A stretch of 32,000 nt of DNA, from assembly GCA_000743035.1 (NCBI GenBank), contig CP008936.1, positions 570,001 through 602,000 on the forward strand. Reading direction: 5' to 3'. Made by a program: the position numbers and the translations under genes. This document shows, piece after piece, positions 15,312-23,587 of this stretch; positions within the stretch are counted from its first letter, which is position 1, and each line of letters starts with the position of its first letter. The stretch comes from Candidatus Paracaedimonas acanthamoebae. Its GTDB lineage: Bacteria > Pseudomonadota > Alphaproteobacteria > Caedimonadales > Caedimonadaceae. Below the pieces are notes generated by a model. That model searched no databases. It was given only the letters and a program-made list of their open reading frames with translations, and was not told the origin of the DNA.

Positions 15312-16577
15312 TTAATCGACTTCTTCCATTAAATTATCATTTCTTTCAGTTCTTAATAGCTGGCTTATTTCAGAAGAATTGAAGATTATTCCATTAATGG
15401 AAGTTAGGTTTGGTAAGCTTGCGATGACAGATGGGATATGTGAAAAAGTATTATGCCGGTAATGAATGTCAGTTAAGGATATAAGGTTAGATAAATCGTC
15501 TGGTAAGCTTTTAAGGTTACATAAACTCACATCCAAGACTCTTAAATTCCTAAGCTTAAATATAACCGGAGGGCATTCACCTTGAAGAAAAAAATTTCCA
15601 TTTAAACCTAAAGCCGTAAGATTATTTAAAGCAGATAAACCATCTGATAAAGTTAAAAGGCGGCAACTTGATAACCTAAGAGTTTTTAAACTGGTTATTC
15701 TAGTAACAACCTCGGGTAATAACTGATTGGCGAGCGTATTAAGGCTTAAATCTAAAAATTCAAGATTCGTAAGATATGATAAAGAGAAAGGTAAATAAGA
15801 ACAATCACTAAACCTAAGGTTAAGAGATTTTAGACGTGGTAAATTAAAAAAAATATCAGGTAATGAGGTAAGAAATTGGCTGTTGCACTTAAAAACTTCA
15901 AGATTAGTGAGGCTTGAAAGTCCTTCAGGTAAAGCCATAAGAGAATTTCCCTTAAGCGATAATTTTTTCAGTGAGGTTAACATTAAAATAAACTGAGGAA
16001 ACTTTGTAAGCTTAAAATTTTTGATATTAAGTTTTGTAAGATAAGATGAATAAGAAGAATATAAAGGAAAATCAAGTTCTTTTCCTATAGAAGTTGTCTC
16101 AAAGTAAAGCTCTTGAAGAGAACAAAAGTCTAAAACAGATGTTGGGAATTTGTTAACATTTTTTTCCTGGCCTGCTTTAGAAAATTCAAGGATTTGACAA
16201 CGGATTTTTACTTTACTGCGGCAGTTTAGAGCGAAGTACATAATTTTATCTTCAGTAAGATATTTCCAAATATTTGCCCAAATTTCGGGAGGTAGAATCG
16301 AATAATATTCTAAATCTTGTTCTTCTTGGAGTAAGGCACTTTTGTTAGTACCTGGAACTTTTTCCATTAAACTTTGTTCTGTTGTCCTATGGGGGACTTG
16401 GTGATGAAAAAAAGCTTTCGTTTTTATTAATAAATTATAAGCTTCTTCCAACTTTTTTCGTAAATTAAAGCAGTAATATCTTTTATTATCTTCTTGCTTT
16501 TCTCTAAAGCTATCCGAAGCCTCAAGTTGGTTAAAACCAAGACAGAGAAATAAGAAAAGAGTAAATTTTGACAGCAT
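15312..16577 (-). CDS. leucine-rich-repeat protein with N-terminal signal peptide and F-box-like motif
   Basis: The signal peptide is MLSKFTLFLFLCLGFNQLEA|SD. ILPPEIWANIWKYLTEDKIMYFALNCRS is F-box-like. At least 8 LRRs follow (LTSLKKLSLKGNSLMALPEGLSSLTNLEVF..., LxxLxLxxNxL). The gene is visibly AT-richer than its neighbours. Confidence 0.7.
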   Translation of the reverse strand: MLSKFTLFLFLCLGFNQLEASDSFREKQEDNKRYYCFNLRKKLEEAYNLLIKTKAFFHHQVPHRTTEQSLMEKVPGTNKSALLQEEQDLEYYSILPPEIWANIWKYLTEDKIMYFALNCRSKVKIRCQILEFSKAGQEKNVNKFPTSVLDFCSLQELYFETTSIGKELDFPLYSSYSSYLTKLNIKNFKLTKFPQFILMLTSLKKLSLKGNSLMALPEGLSSLTNLEVFKCNSQFLTSLPDIFFNLPRLKSLNLRFSDCSYLPFSLSYLTNLEFLDLSLNTLANQLLPEVVTRITSLKTLRLSSCRLLTLSDGLSALNNLTALGLNGNFFLQGECPPVIFKLRNLRVLDVSLCNLKSLPDDLSNLISLTDIHYRHNTFSHIPSVIASLPNLTSINGIIFNSSEISQLLRTERNDNLMEEVD

Positions 16578-16660
16578 TGAAATTAAAATTTACTTTTGAA
16601 GTAACCCATAACTGTAAAAGAACTTGTTTATATCATTTCCCTGATAGTCAGTAAAGATTT

Positions 16661-17968
16661 TTAGGATTGCCACACTTTATAGGGACGTACCATATTTGCT
16701 TCTAGCATTAATGCTGTCAGGGCCCATACAAGGGCATCGACGCGGTCGGGCGAGGTCGTCATGCCGGGTAGGAATTTACACATCTGATCTTCAAGAAGTT
16801 TGAGGCCTTGGCGCGCATGGTGAACTTTCCCTTGTTCATAAAAAGCAGCGATAGGTTCTGCTCGTATATATTTTCCCCTGCTTGCATGAACCCCTTGATA
16901 GCTGATGTGAGGATCAAGCGACCTTAGAAGGCTTTCAACTAGATCGCCTCCTTGATTGACTTCAGCCACAATACGATCAGCTTTCCAGCGATGGTAAGCT
17001 TCACATGCGATCTTGCCCCAGGTCGTTGCAGGATAACGACCACTTAAATCTTCAAGAACATAAGCATGATGATCTTTTCCTAAATCAACAACAATGATAC
17101 CAGTTTCATCGCTTTCGTCATGATGGGTGACAGCTGGATCGATTCCAATGATGACTCGTTTAAGAGGAGAAGGCTCAGCTTCGCGATATTGATCAAGCAA
17201 AGCAGGCGGCCACAATGCACTTTCTCGTGCCTCAATAATTTCGCCTAAAAGCTCTTGGGCTCCTAAGCGTGTTCCTGCAAAACTCTTTTGCATTGTTTCA
17301 ATAAAAAGAGAGGAAAGATTCGCTTGGTTCTCAAAAGTTGTCCCACGTGTGAGCACGATTTCTTGCCCAGCTTGCGCGACAAGTTGTTGAAGCAAAGGCA
17401 ATGGGCGCGGTGTTGTGGTGATTACCATTCTAGGGTGAGAGCCAAGTCGGAGCGCAAAATGGATCTGTTGCCATACTTTTTCCATTTCACGAAATTTAGC
17501 AAACTCATCAATCCAGGCATGATCAAATTGAGGCCCTCGGAGTTGATCATAATTTTCAGCACTATACGCTGTCGCAATCGCGCCATTTTTCCATGTTAAA
17601 CGCCGCTTTGAAGGTTCATAGTGAGGACGGTCATCAGGGGGGTGAATTGCTAAAAGTCCACTTTCACCTTCAACCATAATGTCGCGGACATCTTCTTGAG
17701 TATCGCCGATAAGAGCAATGCGACGCGCTTGGTTGGTTTTAACCCAATGTCGGATGGTTTCAGCGCCCGTACGGGTTTTCCCAAAACCGCGGCCAGCGAG
17801 AACGAGCCAAATGCGCCAGTCACCTTCAGGAATTTTTTGACTCGGTCGAGCGTGGAAATGCCAATCATAATTTTCTAAGTTTTCAGGGGCGAGGGTGAGC
17901 GTTCCTTTCATTAAAAAAGGCTGACTTTGAGAGGGAACAGAGTGAGGATAAGAAGAGTATTTTTCCAT
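16661..17968 (-). CDS. phage/GTA terminase large subunit (RcGTA g2-like)
   Basis: 435 aa with the Walker-A-like WLVLAGRGFGKTRTGAE near the N-terminus and an RNaseH-like C-terminal nuclease half (IGIDPAVTHHDESDETGIIVV). Its size matches GTA-type TerL. Confidence 0.8.
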   Translation of the reverse strand: MEKYSSYPHSVPSQSQPFLMKGTLTLAPENLENYDWHFHARPSQKIPEGDWRIWLVLAGRGFGKTRTGAETIRHWVKTNQARRIALIGDTQEDVRDIMVEGESGLLAIHPPDDRPHYEPSKRRLTWKNGAIATAYSAENYDQLRGPQFDHAWIDEFAKFREMEKVWQQIHFALRLGSHPRMVITTTPRPLPLLQQLVAQAGQEIVLTRGTTFENQANLSSLFIETMQKSFAGTRLGAQELLGEIIEARESALWPPALLDQYREAEPSPLKRVIIGIDPAVTHHDESDETGIIVVDLGKDHHAYVLEDLSGRYPATTWGKIACEAYHRWKADRIVAEVNQGGDLVESLLRSLDPHISYQGVHASRGKYIRAEPIAAFYEQGKVHHARQGLKLLEDQMCKFLPGMTTSPDRVDALVWALTALMLEANMVRPYKVWQS

Positions 17969-18271
17969 TCTTTTAGTATAGCAAAAATCTGTTCCTTTTT
18001 CAAGAAAATAGTGGAAAAATCAAAGTTAAACTTAAAAAATAATTACGTAAAATTAAAGAGTTAGTTGATGTTTAATTGCCTCATTGTTGAAGAATTTTAA
18101 CTTCCTATAATCAATACTTTCCTTGCCAAATACTCTGAGGCGAGTACTTTTTATGTTCATCAAAACTTAATTTAATTGAGAGAAATAGCTGTAAGCTAAG
18201 GCAATAAAATCTCAAAAATACAAGTAAGGATATAATTATTATTTTATTATAAATAGGAAAAAATAATATTT

Positions 18272-18685
18272 TTAATTTATTGTTCTTGCCTGATAAGGAC
18301 TGTCAAGAGAAAAAGCGGGAATTGTGACCTCAATTTCTTCACCAATATTATTGATCATGACGTAATACCCATGCATCACACCAGAAGGCGTTGAGAGGGG
18401 GGCTGAGCTTGTATATTCAAGAGCATCACCTGGCTTAAGGGTGGGTTGTTGTCCAATAATCCCGTCTCCTTCAATTAATTGCTTATGACCATGCGCATCT
18501 AAAATTTCCCAATGGCGGCGTTTAAGTTGGACTTCATGGGGACTTAAATTCTCAATGCGGATTTGGTAAGCCCAGAGATATTGGCTTTGCTCATGTGAAG
18601 ATTCTTCTTCAATAAAAAATGGTGTCGCTGAAACGCGAATAGCGTGCGTGATTTCGCTATAAGTCTTTGTATTTAGGGAATCCAT
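18272..18685 (-). CDS. apaG: ApaG domain protein
   Basis: YLWAYQIRIENLSPHEVQLKRRHWEILDAHG...GDGIIGQQPTLKPGDALEYTSSAPLSTPSGVMHGYY matches the ApaG fold signature. I preferred the ATG at 18685 over the TTG at 18697. Confidence 0.85.
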   Translation of the reverse strand: MDSLNTKTYSEITHAIRVSATPFFIEEESSHEQSQYLWAYQIRIENLSPHEVQLKRRHWEILDAHGHKQLIEGDGIIGQQPTLKPGDALEYTSSAPLSTPSGVMHGYYVMINNIGEEIEVTIPAFSLDSPYQARTIN

Positions 18686-19061
18686 TCTTCCAGCCAAGTT
18701 TGTTGTTATGTATTAAAGTCTATCGAGGAAATTCTGAAAGGAAAAGAAATAGTTTAGGTCTCAAGGCATTTTGTTATTGAAGTGCTTGATAAATTAGATT
18801 TGATCTAATTGCTTCCATTTCTTCAAGTCCTTTTAGATTCTTTGAGGAGCATTCAAGAGTATAGATACTTTTACTAAAAGTAAGAGGAGGGGTTGCCTCA
18901 AATAACTCTAACCTAGGTATTTCGAATCTAGCAGAAATATGGAAGAGGCTGGTCTTCCAATATAAAGGTTATTTGGCGGTCAATTACGATTTTCGTGAAA
19001 ATGAAGTTGAAATATGTTATGACACATGTGTAAAACTATGGGATCAAAAGATGGTAAAGGT

Positions 19062-19469
19062 ATGCTAAGGCATTTATACTCAACGTATGTTTATATGGAT
19101 GATACGGATTCTGGAGGGTATGTTTATCACGCGAACTATCTAAAATTTGCTGAAAGAGCACGAACAGAAATGCTGCGAGATCAAGGTATTGATCAGCGGT
19201 TTCTTCAACAAAGTAAGAACATGTTTTTTGTTGTGCGAGAATGTAAAATCGATTATCTGTTGCCGGCACGGCTTGACGATTTTTTAGAAATTCAAACAGA
19301 AATTTATGAAACAACCGGCGCACGCCTTATCATAGGGCAAAAAATTTTAAAAGATCATATGGAAATTGTAAATTTATTGATAACGCTTGTTTTGGTGAGT
19401 GAAGGGGGACGCCCCTTAAGGATTCCCGCTTTCTTGAGAGAAACTTTAAGCGGAATGGCAACGAATTAA
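19062..19469 (+). CDS. ybgC: tol-pal-associated acyl-CoA thioesterase (4HBT family)
   Basis: YVYMDDTDSGGYVYHANYLKFAERARTEMLR is the YbgC/4HBT motif, and the gene sits immediately upstream of tolQ. The ORF-track start at 19026 is an alternative. Confidence 0.85.
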   Translation: MLRHLYSTYVYMDDTDSGGYVYHANYLKFAERARTEMLRDQGIDQRFLQQSKNMFFVVRECKIDYLLPARLDDFLEIQTEIYETTGARLIIGQKILKDHMEIVNLLITLVLVSEGGRPLRIPAFLRETLSGMATN

Positions 19470-19488
19470 AGGATTAAGGAACTATATT

Positions 19489-20217
19489 ATGGACAATACA
19501 GCAATTGACGCTACAACCATTGGAAAATCAGTCGCCACCACAGATCTTTCTGCTTGGGGCCTCTTTATTAATGCAGATCTTGTTGTACAGCTTGTCATGC
19601 TTTCATTAATTGTAGCATCAATTTGGTGCTGGACAATTATTTTTTCAAAAGTGATGCGACTTAGAACTTTACAGAATTTGGCTGAAAAATTTGAAGAAGC
19701 CTTTTGGTCGGGTGGTTCACTTGACAGTCTCTATGATCGTGTCGGGACGCGCCCAACAGATCCTCTTGCGAGCATTTTTGCTGCGGCCATGAAAGAATGG
19801 CGCCGTTCTTTAAAAGGAAAACCCGCGACCCGAGAAGCTAAAGCCATGCTCCAACAGCGGGTTGAGCGCATTATGCATGTTACTGTTGATCGTGAAATGG
19901 ATCAGCTCGAGCGGCATCTTCCCTTCTTAGCCTCTGTAGGTTCAACGGCGCCTTTCGTTGGCTTATTTGGGACTGTTTGGGGAATTATGCATAGCTTTCA
20001 AGGTATCGCAAGCTCACAAAGTACGAATCTTGCAGTTGTGGCGCCTGGTATTGCAGAAGCTCTTTTTGCCACAGCTATTGGCCTTGTGGCTGCTATCCCC
20101 GCTGTATTAGCGTATAATAAAATTTCAACTGAGCTTGGCCGTTATGGTATGCGTCTGGATTCTTTTGCAAGCGAGTTTGCTGCCATTATCTCGCGTCAGC
20201 TAGAGGAGGTTGAATAA
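19489..20217 (+). CDS. tolQ: Tol-Pal system protein TolQ (MotA/TolQ/ExbB family)
   Basis: 242 aa with three TM segments and the motif LASVGSTAPFVGLFGTVWGIM. tolR follows. Confidence 0.9.
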   Translation: MDNTAIDATTIGKSVATTDLSAWGLFINADLVVQLVMLSLIVASIWCWTIIFSKVMRLRTLQNLAEKFEEAFWSGGSLDSLYDRVGTRPTDPLASIFAAAMKEWRRSLKGKPATREAKAMLQQRVERIMHVTVDREMDQLERHLPFLASVGSTAPFVGLFGTVWGIMHSFQGIASSQSTNLAVVAPGIAEALFATAIGLVAAIPAVLAYNKISTELGRYGMRLDSFASEFAAIISRQLEEVE

Positions 20218-20706
20218 ATGGCAGGTGATCTTCAAGCCTCTGCTTTCTTAGGAAAGCGTAAAACTCGGAACCGGCAGACACTCAGCGGCCTTAAAAGCGA
20301 AATTAATGTGACGCCTATGGTTGATGTCATGTTGGTGCTTTTAGTTATTTTTATGGTGACAGCACCCTTGATGACGGTTGGAGTCCCTCTTGATCTCCCA
20401 AAGACAAAAGCAGCTGCAATCAATGAAAAAACAGAGCCTTTGACTATTTCAGTGACGGCTGATAACAAGATTTATATCCAAGAGACTGAAGTGAAGCTAG
20501 AGACCTTAGTACCTCAACTCCAAGCAATTACTTCGGCAAAACCGGATACGCGCATTTTTGTTCGAGGAGATCAAAAAATTGCTTATGGCTTTATCATGCA
20601 AGTCATGGGCACGCTAAGTGCTGCTGGATTTGATAAGATCGCGCTTATGGCAGAGCTTCCTCAAGGAAATCCAGAGGTAAAAGCAAAAGGCAAGAACCCT
20701 AAATAA
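20218..20706 (+). CDS. tolR: Tol-Pal system protein TolR (ExbD/TolR family)
   Basis: [23 protein letters not shown] is the ExbD/TolR TM motif. The start abuts the tolQ stop. Confidence 0.9.
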   Translation: MAGDLQASAFLGKRKTRNRQTLSGLKSEINVTPMVDVMLVLLVIFMVTAPLMTVGVPLDLPKTKAAAINEKTEPLTISVTADNKIYIQETEVKLETLVPQLQAITSAKPDTRIFVRGDQKIAYGFIMQVMGTLSAAGFDKIALMAELPQGNPEVKAKGKNPK

Positions 20707-20722
20707 AGTTGAGAGCCGATCA

Positions 20723-21571
20723 ATGATGCAGAAACCTTTACTCTATTCTTTATTGCTGCATCTTTTTTTATTCATATTGTTTATCTTTGGGCTTCCAAAT
20801 TGGCGTAAAAGCAACCCGGATTTGCTTTTACCTATCCCTATTGATGTGGTTGAAATTGGATCTAAGACGCAGGCGCCTAAGCCAACACTTCACCCCAAAA
20901 AAGAAGAAACTAAGAAAGACGAGCCTAAAAAAGAACCTCCTAAAAAGGAAGAGCCAAAGCATCAACCAAAACCTGAAAATAAGCCAACGCCGGAGCCAGA
21001 AAAGCCTAAGCCAGAGCCAAAAGCTGAACCCATTGCGCCGGCACCAAAGGCAAAGCCTAAGCCACCCACACCCCCTAAAAAGGCTCAAGAGAAGAAGGCA
21101 CCTGAAAAGAAGCCAGAAAAGAAAAAGGTTAATGCGTTTGATTCAGTGCTTAAGAATCTTGAAGAAATTGAGAAAACAGTGCCTGATGCCATTAAGGATG
21201 CTAAAAGCGACGATAATGCTCCTGACCAACAAGTGGGAGAAATTGGAGATACGTTAACGGTTAGTGAGATAGATGCTCTTAGAAAGCACTTTGAAAATTG
21301 TTGGATTGTACCAGCAGGTACGAAAGGAGCGCATGAAATGTCAGTTATCCCCATTAAAATTTATTTCAATATTGATGGATCGGTGGTGGATGCTAAGCCT
21401 GTAGAAACGGTCAAAATGAGCGACCCAGCTTATCGTGCTATTGCTGAAAGTGCTGTGCGATCTGCTAAAGGTCCTCAGTGTAGTCCTGTCCCTGCAAAAT
21501 TATTGTCTCCAGAGAAGTATGAGCAATGGAAAGTTTTGAGCTTCAACTTTCATCCAAAAGATTTGATGTAA
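20723..21571 (+). CDS. tolA: Tol-Pal system protein TolA-like (N-terminal anchor, K/P/E-rich linker, C-terminal TolA/TonB-type domain)
   Basis: The position after tolR, one N-terminal TM, a long KPEPK-type low-complexity linker and a globular C-terminus all fit TolA. Confidence 0.8.
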   Translation: MMQKPLLYSLLLHLFLFILFIFGLPNWRKSNPDLLLPIPIDVVEIGSKTQAPKPTLHPKKEETKKDEPKKEPPKKEEPKHQPKPENKPTPEPEKPKPEPKAEPIAPAPKAKPKPPTPPKKAQEKKAPEKKPEKKKVNAFDSVLKNLEEIEKTVPDAIKDAKSDDNAPDQQVGEIGDTLTVSEIDALRKHFENCWIVPAGTKGAHEMSVIPIKIYFNIDGSVVDAKPVETVKMSDPAYRAIAESAVRSAKGPQCSPVPAKLLSPEKYEQWKVLSFNFHPKDLM

Positions 21572-21782
21572 ACAAAGATTTCAATCCTCTTTTCTTAACG
21601 TCCCTTAGTTAAGTACCTCTTATTTTTTAGGGAATTAACAAAAGTTGTTCTATAAACTACACTATACTTAAGTTTAAATAACAAAATGGACAGAAAAATG
21701 CATTGCAAAACGTGAGGATTACTCTTTTAAGAAAATTTCACGATAGTTCATAAGTAAAAAATGGAGGCTTTACAGTAAAAAA

Positions 21783-22151
21783 ATGATTATTAAAATTGAA
21801 GGCAAAATTTCTGCGTCTGAATTTCATAAAGTTGTTGATATATTATCATCTTATTTTCAAAAGCATGGCGTTGAAGAATTTATAGCAGTCGATATTGATT
21901 TGAAACCATTCCATAAAGAAATACAGTTGCCAATTTCTCTTTCTGGTGAAACAGGGAAAGAGATAAAGTCGTTAGAAATAAGAAGGTCAAAATCAGGCGA
22001 GCTAAAGCTGACAGAAACAACGGTAAATAGTTCTTGGATGACAGTCCCCTTTGGAAGCGTTTCTCCAGGGGAGCTTATGATGCGCCTATGGCCTTTGTAT
22101 CTTGTTGGGTTTGGCTTGTTAATTTTATATTTAATGTGGTTTAAAGCTTAA
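21783..22151 (+). CDS. orphan hypothetical protein with C-terminal TM helix, inserted between tolA and tolB
   Basis: 122-aa ORF with the tail segment LWPLYLVGFGLLILYLMWF. It is AT-rich, the only GGAGG is about 16 nt upstream (poor spacing), and no family was recognised. Confidence 0.4.
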   Translation: MIIKIEGKISASEFHKVVDILSSYFQKHGVEEFIAVDIDLKPFHKEIQLPISLSGETGKEIKSLEIRRSKSGELKLTETTVNSSWMTVPFGSVSPGELMMRLWPLYLVGFGLLILYLMWFKA

Positions 22152-22330
22152 TAGTAAATTGGCTAACTTTTTTACTAAGTCTCATATTTTTAGCCTTTAT
22201 CAAACAAGGAGCTTTTTTGTAATGAAAAGATTTTTTAGGAAGTTATTAGTATAAGGGGGGCTTCCCTCACTTTCTTTCATAATATTTTTTTGAATAACTC
22301 AAAAATATTTGAAATTTGCGCAAAATTCTC

Positions 22331-22359
22331 TTGATATTTGTAACCTATTGTGGTAGTCT
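22331..22359 (+). promoter_or_regulatory. putative sigma70-type promoter TTGATA-N17-TAGTCT at head of module B
   Basis: Its architecture is identical to 1686-1714. Confidence 0.4.
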
Positions 22360-22852
22360 GATAATAGATGGTCAGAAATGATTTTCTTCCCTTATGAAAC
22401 CTTAAAACAGTCTCATAATTCTTTCAAAAATCCTTTCCGATCGTCTTAATAAAAACAATAATAAGGCAGGGAGTTTAAAACCTAAATTATTAGAGAAAAA
22501 AAGCCTTTGAGCGCTCTTTTTGAGCGAATGCCCTCTCTTTGCCTTTTTTCAAAAGCCAATTTCCGTGGTGAAAAAGAGAAGAAAAAGGAGTGATAAGAAA
22601 GGATTAAGAAGGATTTTCCTTCCAACTGTGGATCCCTGCCTGCGCGAGGATGACAAAGGGAGGGACGTGATGATGACAAACTGGGGAAGGTCTCTAATCA
22701 TGCGTGAGAAGTATGGTGGAAAAGGTCACTATGAAAGGTCCTCACTATGTTTGCGAGGTACTTGGTGAAAGATGAGCCAGTGTGTGAGAGGCAACTTTCC
22801 TTCTGTTATCCTCGCAAAAGCGGGGCTCCAGGAGTGCAGGAAAACAATGAGA

Positions 22853-22909
22853 GGCGATAGGAGAGATCTTTAAGTCGCTTGAGATTCTCTGAACAGGCCC
22901 GAGAATGAC
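22853..22909 (+). repeat. palindromic repeat unit (57-nt form)
   Basis: GGCGATAGGAGAGATCTTTAAGTCGCTTGAGATTCTCTGAACAGGCCCGAGAATGAC is 54/57 identical to 23128-23184. Confidence 0.75.
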
Positions 22910-23017
22910 ACAGGGGGGGATGAAAGGGCTCGTTGGCAAGGATACGGGGGCGGGTGCGAAAGCACTGTCAGGAAAGGGTGTTGGAAAGGAAGTCATAGAA
23001 TAATCATCCTCTCCATC

Positions 23018-23079
23018 GTCATCCCCGGCCTTGTGCCGGGGATCTCAGGCAACCTGAAGGCGTGAATAGATGCCATGAG
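23018..23079 (-). repeat. palindromic repeat unit, inverted orientation, long form
   Basis: GTCATCCCCGGCCTTGTGCCGGGGATCTCAGGCAACCTGAAGGCGTGAATAGATGCCATGAG has a 9-bp stem ATCCCCGGC/GCCGGGGAT with loop CTTGT. Confidence 0.75.
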
Positions 23080-23127
23080 GTCTTCATCATGCGTAATAGG
23101 GATGGTATGAAAGAGAAAAAGCCGCAT

Positions 23128-23184
23128 GGCGATAGGAGAGATCTTTAAGTCGCTTGAGATTCTCGGAACAAGCCCGAGAAGGAC
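23128..23184 (+). repeat. palindromic repeat unit (57-nt form)
   Basis: GGCGATAGGAGAGATCTTTAAGTCGCTTGAGATTCTCGGAACAAGCCCGAGAAGGAC has the stem TTCTCGG/CCGAGAA. Confidence 0.75.
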
Positions 23185-23205
23185 AACATTTAAGGTCTAA
23201 AGTCC

Positions 23206-23237
23206 GTCATCCTTGGGCCAGGGCCTAAGATAATGAG
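23206..23237 (-). repeat. degenerate inverted palindromic unit
   Basis: GTCATCCTTGGGCCAGGGCCTAAGATAATGAG shares the GTCATCC head and the ...ATGAG tail with the long inverted form. Confidence 0.45.
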
Positions 23238-23587
23238 AATGGAAAGATTTGGAGCTTGCGTATGAGAGCTAAGTGAAAATAAAAAAACAAAGAAAGGGAA
23301 AAAATGTTGAGAAATAAAAGGTTAACACCGATGCGATGCAAAAGTATCATCTATATAGGGAGATCTTATAGGGACAAGGATCCAGAGAATGAGGAGATGC
23401 TGAAAGACATTAAGAAGGCTTTTTTCTTAAGACGGGGAAGGAGGTTGCTAGTTTAATGATGAAAGTACTTCTTTCCATTTTTATCCAAAGGTTTTATAGT
23501 GCGCTTTTGAACAAGATAAGTCTTTAAAATTTATATAGAAACGCTTTTGCATAATTAAGGTGTGGTTGCTGAAAAAAGGTCATAATC

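Larger units (their letters stand above)
22328..23440 (+). repeat. non-coding module B, homolog of module A
   Basis: See module A. It has the same order of promoter, leader, 35-nt block (22509-22543), repeat units and purine block (23271-23328), with roughly 190 nt extra around 22600-22795. Confidence 0.6.

Noticed and set aside
18900-18935. TTCGAAT-containing sequence (CTAGGTATTTCGAATCTAG) resembling a tRNA T-loop
   Set aside because: The loop is 11 nt rather than 7, and no acceptor, D or anticodon arms can be built around it. No tRNA-like cloverleaf was seen in any intergenic gap.
22700-22760. Local tandem duplication AAGGTCACTATG / AAGGTCCTCACTATG inside module B, briefly considered as an RNase P-like GAAAGTCC motif
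   Set aside because: The motif is GAAAGGTCC, not the conserved GAGGAAAGTCC. No other RNase P, tmRNA, SRP or 6S hallmarks are present. It is just a short slippage-type duplication.
22482-22996. ORF-track ORFs inside module B (22482..22679 -, 22520..22768 +, 22745..22996 -)
   Set aside because: Same reasoning as for module A. They have no RBS and repeat-derived sequence, and there is no counterpart ORF in module A despite the nucleotide homology.
2076-23237. Could the repeated units be a CRISPR array?
   Set aside because: The units occur in both orientations with irregular spacing (for example 126 nt, then 127 nt to an inverted copy), variable length and mutated cores. No cas genes are present. 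The pattern fits REP/MITE-like elements, not CRISPR.
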